From NCBI GenBank assembly GCA_000004985.1, contig GG738851.1: a stretch of 64,000 bases of DNA; one strand, given 5' to 3'. This DNA is from Naegleria gruberi. Lineage: Eukaryota. Positions 21,151-31,422 of the stretch are shown here, piece after piece. The notes beneath the pieces are model-generated. The model saw only the letters and a program-made list of their open reading frames with translations, had not been told where the DNA came from and searched no databases. The position numbers and the translations under genes were made by a program. The first letter of the stretch is position 1, and each line of letters begins with the position of its first letter.

Positions 21151-23187
21151 ATGCTGCTTTCTCAAAGCAGTGAAACATCAAAAAACAACCAACAGCTAAT
21201 GAAGAGTCAGCAGAAGGTAGCCGATACTTGTTCAATACTTACGAGGAGGTTAGGACTTTCTAGTAGTAGTAACAATGGCAGAATATTGATTGGTGGCAGA
21301 GAATGTTGGATTAATTCTACATTTTCTTATTCGGATGAGAGTTTTATTGTGAATGATGATGAAGAGGATTGTACAGTTGTGAATGAACAAAGTAACACAG
21401 CCTTGGCTAGTAGTAGCAGTCAAGATTTGCATCAGGGTAGTGATGATCATATTACGGAATCGAATATGGTATTCGATGATGTTTCTCCTAATCAATTTAA
21501 TGATGAGAATAATCAAATCACAACAAGTCAGAGTCGAGGTTCTACTACACAACATGAAACATTGGACGAATTCCCAGAAATTCAAACTATTCCAAATCAA
21601 ACTGCTGGGACTTTGAAAACATCATTGGAACCATCAAGGAATAGTCAAAGCCTTTTTCTTGACGACTTGAACGATCATCACAGTCACATGATGCAATTAG
21701 TTAAAGGAGTTGATGCTGTTGCAAGAAAAAACTTTAATTTAGCACCATCTAATTTACCAGATCAACACTATTTACATCACTACATTCCTGAAAATGATGA
21801 TTCACTTTCAACAACAAAGGTTAGAACATTAAGTGATCAAGGAAGTGAGTTTAGTTCCGAACGAGGTGATATTGATAATGAGTGGTTTTTCAATTCTTGT
21901 TCAAATGTGAATGATAGTTATTTCCTTCCAGATGAGCTAATTTACAAAATTTTAACATATCTTGACTTTGATGATGTTGTTCTAAAGTCCTCTCTTGTGA
22001 ATAGACAGTTTTTCAGTGTCAGTAATTGTGGAGGTTTTTGGATTCAATTTATCAAAACAAGAAAATGTGAAGACACTGTCAATATTCTTTCCTATTATCA
22101 ATACGAGTTCCATTCAAATCATATAGTCAAACAAATCAAGCATGAACCATCCGAAGAAGTTACCCTTCAAGAAAATGATGATGCCACTACTCAAAATACA
22201 GACAATCCACCAAATACTCCGAGCGATGAAATTGTCATTCCATCTCAACAAGATTCGAGTAATTATGATCCTGCTAATCATTTAACTATTTATAGACCTA
22301 TTTTATTAAGTTATTTATACCATAAGAGAAACTTGAAGAAATGGTTTTTCTTTACAGAGGCCAACTATTACTTACTATTTTTGCTTCCGTTTGGAATTAT
22401 GACATTTTTATTCTTATCTTCATACGTTTTCCCAGTCTTTCCTCCTTTTTACAAGCTCAACTTGTTTTCCTTTTCAGCAGCTCCTTCCAAATTCTTTGCT
22501 CCCTCTCGAAGAAATATTTATATTGAAGGTATTGGAGAAAATTTTTCACAGTGGACTCTTGGAATATTTGGAGCTTCAATTCTTGTCATTATCATTTCAC
22601 TGCTATTGATACGGCCCCTCACAAAATCAGCTCTTAGACAATATTCCTTGTCTATCCAAAATGAGGATCAACTCTCCTTCACCAAGTCTATTATAACCAA
22701 AACAAAATTGGATTATTCCTCTCTGATACCACACTCAACAGAAATGTTACCAGTTTCTCTTAGAAAGAAATTAGTAAGAGACATTTTAGGACATGAAAAA
22801 TTATTTACAAAAGAACATGTTGTGAGGTGCATGGTTCTCATTCCAGTTGTATTATGTTATATCACAACTGTTTTGAAAAACTTTGTCTATATTCCATACC
22901 TTTCTGAAACCTATCACACCTTATTGAGCTTACCTGGATATTTAGTTTTGGCATATCTCATCAAGACACATTGGTATATGGTATTCAAGATTCATGGTTT
23001 CTTCTCCTTACTTGTTTGTTACGCTTGTTTCCACTTTGTACTAAATCAACTCAAGTGGGATGTTCTCATTCGACCAATGTTTTACTTCCTTTCACAGGTA
23101 TTTGGTGTGTGGTGCTACATTATTCTCAACTTTTGGGTATTGGGAGGTCCAGACAATACTCAAGGAATTCCATGTGCCAACAGTTAA
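21151..23187 (+). CDS. F-box-like N-terminal domain fused to a polytopic (about 8-9 TM) membrane domain
   Basis: ATG at 21151; the listed start at 21115 is a TTG. The F-box-like segment is LPDELIYKILTYLDFDDVVLKSSLVNRQF. The C-terminal third has multiple hydrophobic helices (LLFLLPFGIMTFLFLSSYVF, ILVIIISLLLI, VLIPVVLCYITTVL, LVLAYLIKTHWYMVF, FFSLLVCYACFHFVL, VFGVWCYIILNFWVL). Confidence 0.45.
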   Translation: MLLSQSSETSKNNQQLMKSQQKVADTCSILTRRLGLSSSSNNGRILIGGRECWINSTFSYSDESFIVNDDEEDCTVVNEQSNTALASSSSQDLHQGSDDHITESNMVFDDVSPNQFNDENNQITTSQSRGSTTQHETLDEFPEIQTIPNQTAGTLKTSLEPSRNSQSLFLDDLNDHHSHMMQLVKGVDAVARKNFNLAPSNLPDQHYLHHYIPENDDSLSTTKVRTLSDQGSEFSSERGDIDNEWFFNSCSNVNDSYFLPDELIYKILTYLDFDDVVLKSSLVNRQFFSVSNCGGFWIQFIKTRKCEDTVNILSYYQYEFHSNHIVKQIKHEPSEEVTLQENDDATTQNTDNPPNTPSDEIVIPSQQDSSNYDPANHLTIYRPILLSYLYHKRNLKKWFFFTEANYYLLFLLPFGIMTFLFLSSYVFPVFPPFYKLNLFSFSAAPSKFFAPSRRNIYIEGIGENFSQWTLGIFGASILVIIISLLLIRPLTKSALRQYSLSIQNEDQLSFTKSIITKTKLDYSSLIPHSTEMLPVSLRKKLVRDILGHEKLFTKEHVVRCMVLIPVVLCYITTVLKNFVYIPYLSETYHTLLSLPGYLVLAYLIKTHWYMVFKIHGFFSLLVCYACFHFVLNQLKWDVLIRPMFYFLSQVFGVWCYIILNFWVLGGPDNTQGIPCANS

Positions 23188-23500
23188 AATAAAACTGTGG
23201 GTTAAATCTTTTATTTATTATTCAATCAACATTACAATTAATTGATCTCTAACAATACTCTTGGTAATTTAGTAAGCATTGTATATGATGTTCTAAATAA
23301 TAGAAGAAACTAAGTTTGAGCTTTTGCATACTTTAAATTAATACATTCTTTTTCATTAGTCATCCATTTTCATAAAACTTAAATTCAAATTTATAAATTA
23401 AAAAAAATGCTCAAAGTTGTGCGGAGGGGTTTTCATCTTAAAAGAAGAGAAGGTTTTTAGGAGTGTATCATCTTCTCTGTTGATAATAATTGCCATCATC

Positions 23501-24832
23501 ATGATTGTAATGGTGAATTTTTGTGATTTTCTTCGGGCTGATGATACAGTGACATCCGAAGGTATAATACAGGTTCAGGTAATTTCGAGACATTGCGATC
23601 GTATGCCAATATCACCTCTGACTATTCCGAAGGATCCTGTTGATTTCCCCAAGTTGGCTGATTTAAATTTGGGAGATTTAACTGGGTTAGGACAACACCA
23701 ATGTAATCAACTTGGTGATGTTATCTATGATAGATATATTGATGTAAATTCAAAGACTAAAATCAAGGGAATTGTTCCACATTATGAATCAAAACAGTAT
23801 AGTTTTAGATCGACGGATTTGGATAGAACATTGATGAGTATGTGGTCCATTTCAATGGGCTTATTTAAAGAAGGAACTGGAAGAAGAGCTATCGTTAATT
23901 ATAAGGATGCTCATGATATGGGACGGGAAGTTTTTGCATTACCGAACGGAACACAGGCAGTTCCTATTCATACTGTTTCTGAGGATATGGACTCTTTGTT
24001 ACTTGGATTTTCATTTTGTAATACAGTTTTGAATAGAATGAGTATTATAAGATCATCAAAGGGATACATCGATTTTTTCAAAAAGCATAGGGTAGTCATT
24101 GATAAATTATATAACGAAACAGGATGGAAAGCACAACCAAATGATGGAAATATTGGAGTTTTATTTGATTTACTGACAGTGCAGAGATCACATGATTTAT
24201 TATCAATTAGATGGGTTAATGAAAATTGGGAAGTCATAGATTCCATTAGAAATAATTTTCTTTTAATGATCTATAATTATAATGTCATTGGAAAAGAAGG
24301 AAGTAGTGAATTGATCAAGACTCTCAAATCAAACATGGACAGTACAACCAAATACAAGTATATTCACTACAGTGCCCACGACACAACTCTTCAATCTCTC
24401 GCTGCTAGTTTGAAATTAACAAATGATTATCCATTTTTGGGATATCAACCAAATTATGGTGCCTGGTTGGCCTTGGAATTACACGAAATGACTGACGGTA
24501 CTGCAGCTGTCAGAATTGTCCACGGAAAGCAGTACAATGATACAAGTACACCTCTCAAATTAACCTCCTTGGGCTGCAATACAGAATTTTGTCCCCTCAC
24601 CGAGTTTGAAAAGCATATTACTCGAGACTCAATAGTTACCAATTGGTGTAGAGCTTGTGATAACTCTCAAAGAAATATTTGTGCTTCTGAATATCTGAAA
24701 AGTTCAGAAGAGTCATATATTGCCTTCCTAGTTTCAACACCAACATTGGCTTTCACAAATGCTATTACCCTTATTGCCTTGGTGTTTGCTTGTGCTAGAT
24801 CAAGAAGACAAAAGTATAAAGAAATGGATTAA
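23501..24832 (+). CDS. Histidine acid phosphatase (branch 2, lysosomal/prostatic-type), type I membrane
   Basis: The N-terminal signature is ISRHCDRMP, i.e. RHGxRxP with Cys in place of Gly. The C-terminal catalytic HD is in YSAHDTTL. A C-terminal TM (LAFTNAITLIALVFACA) is followed by a basic tail. The start is uncertain: the ATG at 23501 is in frame, but the frame is open from 23417 where the listed start is a TTG. Confidence 0.6.
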   Translation: MIVMVNFCDFLRADDTVTSEGIIQVQVISRHCDRMPISPLTIPKDPVDFPKLADLNLGDLTGLGQHQCNQLGDVIYDRYIDVNSKTKIKGIVPHYESKQYSFRSTDLDRTLMSMWSISMGLFKEGTGRRAIVNYKDAHDMGREVFALPNGTQAVPIHTVSEDMDSLLLGFSFCNTVLNRMSIIRSSKGYIDFFKKHRVVIDKLYNETGWKAQPNDGNIGVLFDLLTVQRSHDLLSIRWVNENWEVIDSIRNNFLLMIYNYNVIGKEGSSELIKTLKSNMDSTTKYKYIHYSAHDTTLQSLAASLKLTNDYPFLGYQPNYGAWLALELHEMTDGTAAVRIVHGKQYNDTSTPLKLTSLGCNTEFCPLTEFEKHITRDSIVTNWCRACDNSQRNICASEYLKSSEESYIAFLVSTPTLAFTNAITLIALVFACARSRRQKYKEMD

Positions 24833-24844
24833 TAAACATCCAAA

Positions 24845-26515
24845 TTATAATGAATAGTATTTTCCCGAATTGTTTACACTATTGTCACCCTCTTCAGAAG
24901 TTGATGAGATTAGTGAAACACTCTTATCATCTACATTGCCCTTCTTCTGGAATCTCTTGACAAAAGTGAAATCTTCCTTATTGAATTCATAGTATAAAAC
25001 AGATGAAGAAAATACAAACGCCATAACAATGGCACATGATCTCAGTAAGGAATAGAGAGTTATTTCATCTGTTAGTTTGGCAGCCAATAAATTTAAATCA
25101 ATTGCTGTGAACCCTTGTAAAATTGCAAGGCAAAAGGCACCCAATTTGAAATACTAATTTAACATACAGTAAAAATCATAAAAATGAAGAAAATGGAAAC
25201 TTACCTTTGTGCTAAATGCTGAGACATCTGAAATTTTCTTTAGAGTAAAATAGATTATCAGTAGGAATACAAAGCAAGCGGCATGAATAAGGAATTCAAT
25301 GGCCCAAGAAACTGAAATCCACCCAATAACCATGTAAAGTGGACCCACAGTAAATTGGAATATTGCACTAATCAGAACACAACAAGTAATTAAAATAATA
25401 AATATTGAAAATGTTAGACAATAGGAGAGGATGGAGTTTGGTTTCTTTTGTGTCTTGACATACTTCATCAGGCCATACAAGTTAACTAGAATTGGAATAA
25501 GTGCAAAATAATTCACAAATTCTGAAATGGTAGCCAAATATCTAAATGCTGATATCAAATTCAGCAATTCGAAAACTAGAGATAATACTCTCAAAACAGA
25601 AGCCAAAAATATGGCAAGGGATGGTAGTAATTTCATCAAAGAGTATTGATTTCTATCCCTATCCTTTTGAAGTAAATTGATAAGCTTTGGAATGAGGGAA
25701 GAAAAAAGAATGAAAAGAGATAGAGCTGAAAATGAAATTATCCCAGTGTATGCAGTGAAATCTATAATAAATTCGGTAAGAGCTCTCTTTTTGCACCCCA
25801 TACCAAACATGTTAGAATTCACACAATAGCACAAGTATGAATAATCTAGATATGGTGAAATGAATGGCACTCCAAAGTTACTATGTCCACAAAATCTAGC
25901 ATCTCTCGGAAAATCCTCCAACATGGATCGTATTGTAGCATTTGAATTTTTACAATTATTATTTTCAATTCTCTCATTAAATGATTTGTATCCTTTTGCA
26001 TTACTACAATATTTACAATAATTAATAAAATCAAATATCTCACTTCGATTGTATGCATAATTTTCACACAAATCAATGCATGTCAAATTATTTCTCTCTT
26101 CCACAATTTTAAACGATTGACAAACATCCAATAAACTCAAATCACTAATTTCAGGGAAGGCAATGGTTGGATAATCCTCCACATGCCAAAACTCTTCCAC
26201 AGGAAGAGGAACTGTGTTATCGGGCAGAATGACCCTTTCACATTCTACAGATGGCATCTTTGGATTTTTAAATATTTCATATTTTGATCCTAACTTTCCA
26301 ATCAAGGAAGCACTCGATGATTTACATTTCCATTGTCCCAACATTTCGGAAGATGATGATTCTACCACTCCACAATATATTATTTCCATCATGAATATTA
26401 TAATTAATAATAAATTAAAATTATTCCGCCGACACTTCCAATTCATCGAATTAATCGAATGTGATGAGGAATGGAGAAAAACACTCAGTGAAGGGTTGAC
26501 TAGAGGTTTTGCCAT
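24845..26515 (-). CDS. Cys-rich ectodomain + 7TM receptor-like protein (frizzled/smoothened-like architecture). Model: complement(join(24845..25153, 25205..26515)).
   Basis: N-terminal signal, then a roughly 230-aa region with about 20 Cys, then six to seven hydrophobic helices. A 51-nt intron (25154..25204; donor AAG|GTAAGT, acceptor TTAAATTAG|) joins in phase 0 to the listed ORF 24845..25144, continuing ...STK|YFKLGAFCLAILQGF.... Confidence 0.5.
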
Positions 26516-27161
26516 TTTTTTTGCTTACGATGAATTTTCGCGCTCATTTTAAGGTTCATAATTACAATTTTAAAAAAAACTAAAATAATGATTTTTAAAT
26601 GCAGCAACAGAACACATAGTTATTTATTACGGCCCAAGTGTTGTTCCATAAAGTTGGCTTCAGTGTTTGGAAGTGATCTTGTTGGATTGCCAGGAATGAT
26701 GGATTTCTATGTAGTCCAAAAGTAGTTCTTTGATTGGCAAAGAATGGCAGATGGTTGACTTTTTGGAATAACAGCTGGTAAGGAACCAAAAGAGGAATGA
26801 AGAAGGAATTTATGAAGAAAGAGAGAAGGAATTGAAACGGAAGAGGAAGTACCTTACGAAAGAATGTTTTGATCTTTTGGCAGAAACTGACAAAATGGCA
26901 AAGCTCAAAACCACAAGCAAGACAAATTATTAATATGATAATGTTAAGGTTAGAATTGGTATAATCGAAAGGATGTTATTTTAACCGAATAGTGACTAAA
27001 CAATGAACTGTTTGTTTTATACAATTTTTTGATAAGTTATTTTTCAAAGATGAATATTTGTAAATACTCAATTTGAAAAAGTAAGAGTCAATCTTGTCAT
27101 ATCTTTGATTCTAAACTTGATAAATTGAACACATTAAGGCGTTGTTGAACCTTAATGTGAA

Positions 27162-27242
27162 GCAGGGGTTCCCGAGTGGTCAAAGGGGGTAGACTCAAGT
27201 TCTACTGCGCAAGCTTCGTGGGTTCAAATCCCACCTTCTGCA
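27162..27242 (+). tRNA. tRNA-Leu(CAA), class II with long variable arm, no intron
   Basis: Acceptor GCAGGGG/CTTCTGC (two G-U), D-loop GAGTGGTCAAA, anticodon stem GTAGA/TCTAC, loop CTCAAGT, long variable arm, T-arm GTGGG-TTCAAAT-CCCAC, discriminator A. A T4 run (GTTTTGTC) follows. Confidence 0.7.
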
Positions 27243-27776
27243 GTTTTGTCTCCTAAAATTTTTCCTTGAGAGGTTTACCGAACTTGTTAATTGCATTACC
27301 TTCCAGATGATGTCTAGTATATATTATGTAAATATTGTGCCTTCATTATATGTATTCACAAAGACAATCGATTATGATGACATGCATATCAAAGTGTTGA
27401 AAATAGTTTAGCTCTAAAAACAAATTACTGATGAAAATTAAATTTATGAATGTGAGCTGAGTGAATGAAATTGTCTCTTGTTCAATTAAAAAAAAAGAAA
27501 CCTTCATGGCGCCGAACAGCAAAAGAGCTACCATTGCTATTCCTATCACTCAGTATTTGCAGTACTGTAAATCCACAGCAGTTTTGAAATTCCTTAAATA
27601 TCAAGAACACATTGAATGATATCAGATTGAAAAAATTCATTTTCAATACAGTCTAGTATATCAAAATGTTTTAATTGATTGAACTGCGAATGAATAGTGT
27701 CGATATGAAAACATCTAGATTTCCACATCTTAGTGCTTTTTGAAAAGCGGTGTATGGTTTGAATACTTACATCGTC

Positions 27777-27827
27777 GTTAACTAGATTTCTGATAGAGTT
27801 GAACAGTGAATGATTAAGAAAGTAATT
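27777..27827 (+). promoter_or_regulatory. Conserved 51-bp element immediately upstream of 5S copy 1 (shared with copy 3)
   Basis: GTTAACTAGATTTCTGATAGAGTTGAACAGTGAATGATTAAGAAAGTAATT matches 52652..52702 (reverse complement) with only a few mismatches. Flanks beyond this are unrelated, and copy 2 lacks it. Confidence 0.4.
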
Positions 27828-27945
27828 GGCTACGGCCATATCACGATGAATGCACCTCATCCCGTCCGATTTGAGAAGTTAAGCATCGTCGAGCCACATC
27901 AATACTGAGGTTGGAGACAACTTGGGAACCTGTGGTGCAGTAGTC
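27828..27945 (+). rRNA. 5S rRNA gene, copy 1
   Basis: GGCTACGGCCATATCACG...CATCCCGTCCGATTTGAGAAGTTAAGC...GGTTGGAGACAACTTGGGAACCTGTGGTGCAGTAGTC. The core CATCCCGTCCGATyTGnGAAGTTAAGC and the helix I pairing GGCTAC/GTAGTC match eukaryotic 5S. It differs from copies 2 and 3 at GCAGTAG versus GCTGTAG. The first T5 run lies about 25 nt past the 3' end rather than immediately after it. Confidence 0.85.
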
Positions 27946-28113
27946 ATGGCTTATTTAGATTTCTTTTTCTTTTAAATCCAAGAATGATTTAATTTCTTCC
28001 ACTTGTTACCGTTCCACCATGCATAAAGAGGTTTCACACCCTTTTTTACATGTCTATGAGCCTTCCTATCAGCCCATCCCTTTTCTCTTCTTCAAAGAAC
28101 TTGTTATTTGGTC

Positions 28114-28323
28114 TCAATCATCAACTTCAAATGGACCCAATATAAATGGTGATAATTTACAATAATCACCTCTCGAAGCAGAGAAAACTTCAATTGTTTC
28201 ATAACCTTCCTTAGTCACCTTTTTACTTCTATATGAGTGTTTAGCACATTCAACTTTTCCTCTCATTTTTTTATATTGAATTGAATCAATCCATTTAATC
28301 AGTGTTATGGTCAATGGAGACAA
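28114..28323 (-). CDS. Small hypothetical protein (69 aa)
   Basis: ORF MSPLTITLIKWIDSIQYKKMRGKVECAKHSYRSKKVTKEGYETIEVFSASRGDYCKLSPFILGPFEVDD with no recognisable family. It lies 170 bp downstream of 5S copy 1. Confidence 0.25.
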   Translation of the reverse strand: MSPLTITLIKWIDSIQYKKMRGKVECAKHSYRSKKVTKEGYETIEVFSASRGDYCKLSPFILGPFEVDD

Positions 28324-28743
28324 CTCTACTCAAGCATTAATATATTCTAATCAAAACATGTCATCCAATGCCAATATCAACCACACTGCAGAGCAAACTT
28401 CCACACCCAGTGTTACTCTTGCAGAGAACGCTTTGTTCCAAAAATAAAATTATAATTTCTGCTATTATTGGAATTTTATTAGACATTAATATTTATAAAT
28501 CAACTTTTATTCCTTTATGTTATCAAGATTTATTCAAAATCATAAGGTATTCCATTATACATTTTCAAGTACTTGGAATCACTTCTTTTTACAAATCCAA
28601 AACAAAATCATTTATTGTTAAAATATCATTTCGTCTTCACACGTATCAAGAACTCCACAAGATCATTGCAAGCTGTCTTAATATTATTTGCTATTGTCAT
28701 ACTTTTTGTTTCTTCGTTCTGTTCACCAAAGTCTCCAGGAGCC

Positions 28744-29652
28744 TCATTCAACAATTCGATTGACTTGTTTGGCCAAAATATGACCATCATCATCATATTC
28801 GCTCTTAACATAATTAAATATCGATTCAGCATCGAAAGCTACTACACATATTTCCTTTGGCTCCATCATCCCAAATACAAAGTCACTACTAACTCCACAA
28901 TGGTAATTGAGCTTATTCCATTCCATTTTTCTAATATGACAGTAAAAAGATGTACAAAATCTATCTTTCACTCCTTGTCCTGATTTACCAACATATAATA
29001 TTGGTAACCTCTTTGAAACAATAAAATAGATAGAATTTGGTTTGTAAATGCCGACTGAGTGTTTTTTGAAAAAGTTAGAGCTCACAATTTCGGCAAGTAC
29101 TTGTGAAGGCCATGTGGGGTATGGTTTTTCGTCAATAATGGTATCATCCGAGATAGTACATTCTTTATATTTGCCAGAATTGCCTACAAAGAATGGAATA
29201 TTACGGTATTCGCTCTTCTTCCAATCGCCATCTTTCCAGTCATAATACTTGTCTATTTGATTGAAAAACAATTCCTCTAAACTATACGGAAATTTGGCAC
29301 CAGGCAAGACATTGTTTGGGAATCTATTCCTCAATTCTTTCTTCAACTCTACCAATGATTTCTTTTTAAACAACTCACTTAATTGTTTATCTTGTTCGAT
29401 GATTTTAGGTATACATGGTTTGACATGAGCCTTATTGATCAATATAGGTGAAGAAGTAATTTGAAAGGGTTCATTCTTTACGAATAGTGAATACATGTTA
29501 CCTTTGTCCACAACTCCTGATACGTTTCCATCATTATCCAGAAACAGTTTAACATCGATACTACCTTGCTTGAGCTTGTTTGTAATCTCCTCGTATGAAA
29601 TGTCAAAGAATTGAACCTCAATTCTTAGATTTGAATTGCTTTTGTTCATCAT
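28744..29652 (-). CDS. Orphan protein with a C-terminal GIY-YIG-like nuclease motif
   Basis: 302 aa from the ATG at 29652. The C-terminal segment SIYFIVSKRLPILYVGKSGQGVKDRFCTSFYCHIRK fits the GIY-(10-11)-YIG-...-R-...-H spacing of GIY-YIG modules. The rest is unrelated to known families. Its paralog is 31423..31890. Confidence 0.45.
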   Translation of the reverse strand: MMNKSNSNLRIEVQFFDISYEEITNKLKQGSIDVKLFLDNDGNVSGVVDKGNMYSLFVKNEPFQITSSPILINKAHVKPCIPKIIEQDKQLSELFKKKSLVELKKELRNRFPNNVLPGAKFPYSLEELFFNQIDKYYDWKDGDWKKSEYRNIPFFVGNSGKYKECTISDDTIIDEKPYPTWPSQVLAEIVSSNFFKKHSVGIYKPNSIYFIVSKRLPILYVGKSGQGVKDRFCTSFYCHIRKMEWNKLNYHCGVSSDFVFGMMEPKEICVVAFDAESIFNYVKSEYDDDGHILAKQVNRIVE

Positions 29653-29901
29653 TTTCGTTTATATTTGTTACATTTATTTCTTTATAATTAAGATTTCTAT
29701 TTACAAACTGTATTATCTATTTCTCATTGGTTGCTTGACTCCTCTTTCCAAACCCTGTCTGAGTTCCTCCATTAATGTAAGAATGTTTTGCCCAATGTGA
29801 TTGGGGCACCTAGTGATTGTATAATTTTAATGTTCCGAGTCATACAAGGCAGAACAAGGAGGCCTTTAAACAGCAGTTTATTGTTCTGATGATTTGCAAT
29901 T

Positions 29902-30351
29902 TCATTCGTCCTCAATTTTACACTTTACAGCAAGCATCTTGCTCAACAAAAGAATGCAAATTTCTTTTTGTTCTTTTTCGTCACAAGTTTCAAGAACTTC
30001 GGTTATAGCTTGATATTTTTCTAGTATCTGAGCTTTTCCTTGTTCATCATTTGCTTCTTGTTTGTTAAATTCTTCTCTAAAAATCTTTTCTCCTATGATG
30101 ATTTTATTGGTTGACTTGGCGTTTTTAAATTCAGCATTATCTGACAATTGTGAATAATTTAATTGAAAGCCTTTGCAATGAAAAGTAATTTTTTCATAAT
30201 ATTCACTACCCGGATTGCTCTTCAACTGTGCAACATCTTTCAAATAGCTACTAAAACTTTGATATTTTTCATCTATTAAACCATCTTTAATCTGCTTTGC
30301 AGTATCGCGATCTCCATCATATACAACCGAAATCAACTCTTCGCTGTCCAT
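29902..30351 (-). CDS. Hypothetical protein (149 aa)
   Basis: ATG-initiated ORF with coding-like composition. It is transcribed divergently from 30410..31318 with only 58 bp between the two start codons. Confidence 0.35.
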   Translation of the reverse strand: MDSEELISVVYDGDRDTAKQIKDGLIDEKYQSFSSYLKDVAQLKSNPGSEYYEKITFHCKGFQLNYSQLSDNAEFKNAKSTNKIIIGEKIFREEFNKQEANDEQGKAQILEKYQAITEVLETCDEKEQKEICILLLSKMLAVKCKIEDE

Positions 30352-30409
30352 TTTTTTTTGAGGAATTTTTCTAAAAATAACATGAAAAGAATCTATTCAA
30401 CGTGAAAAA

Positions 30410-31318
30410 ATGACTAAAGCATCAGCAAGCAAAACACTCCACGAAACTGTTACAACATTGCACAATAGTGCACAAAGCAGCAATATTTGTGATGATCTTG
30501 CATACTTTTATTTTTTACTAAAGGTAATAAAAGAGGGTGTACATAACTTTACAGATATCCAGAATTTTGATGCAAAAACGAAGGTGAAGAACAGTGCTTT
30601 TTTTGAACAGCTCGTTGAAAAAAGGGTTGGGAATTGTATTGTTCATACTTGTGCGAATTTTGAAGCTATCACGAAAGAATTCTTGAAGAAATGTATTCGC
30701 GAGTCCAAAACACAAGATCTAACGAACAGGCAAGAGCAAGAATATAACGAAATCGCAAAACGCGCATTGAAGCTTGTCCATTGCGAATTATTCGATGCTG
30801 AATGGAATGTAAAGGACAACTATCATTTTGCTCTGAAATTTAACAATAGCATTTTAGATAGTGTCAGGAAAGACCTTTATTGCATTGACATTAACGGAAA
30901 TTTAGTAGATAATAATTTGGAATTTTGGAGATTCGATAAGGAACTGGATTGTAAATATACTGTAATGGAGGTTGACGTAAAGACTGTTCTTAAAGATAAT
31001 TTTTTTGCTTACTTTGATAATTTAAACCTTGAAGATATTAAAAATTTGAATGTAAAGTCTGTTACCGCCGCCAAGATCAGGGACAAAACAGCGGACAATT
31101 ACTCATACAATGATGATGGTATTCAGTTTTATTTTGAAGATTTCGCAAAGAAAAGGGGTTATTTTGTAATTCAACACTGGTGTCTTGTGAAACATATAAT
31201 GGGATGGGAGACATGTATTGAATCAGACTTCAGTAAGCTTAAAGGATGTACTTTACCATCCAATGACCAAAATACAAGCAACGACGAGATTGATGATGTT
31301 TTGAATTTTACTTTATAA
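30410..31318 (+). CDS. Hypothetical protein (302 aa)
   Basis: ATG-initiated ORF with no recognisable domain. Head-to-head partner of 29902..30351. Confidence 0.4.
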   Translation: MTKASASKTLHETVTTLHNSAQSSNICDDLAYFYFLLKVIKEGVHNFTDIQNFDAKTKVKNSAFFEQLVEKRVGNCIVHTCANFEAITKEFLKKCIRESKTQDLTNRQEQEYNEIAKRALKLVHCELFDAEWNVKDNYHFALKFNNSILDSVRKDLYCIDINGNLVDNNLEFWRFDKELDCKYTVMEVDVKTVLKDNFFAYFDNLNLEDIKNLNVKSVTAAKIRDKTADNYSYNDDGIQFYFEDFAKKRGYFVIQHWCLVKHIMGWETCIESDFSKLKGCTLPSNDQNTSNDEIDDVLNFTL

Positions 31319-31422
31319 TTTGATCATGATTGCCAAACACTTATGAAAATTACAGTATGAAAAACTCCATATGAAAAACTCATCTATAAATGACTTCAAT
31401 TTAAACCAAACAGTTTACAAGA

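Noticed and set aside
27594-27860. 88-aa ORF overlapping the 5' half of 5S copy 1
   Set aside because: It overlaps a structural RNA gene and its conserved upstream element. No ATG context or coding-like composition.
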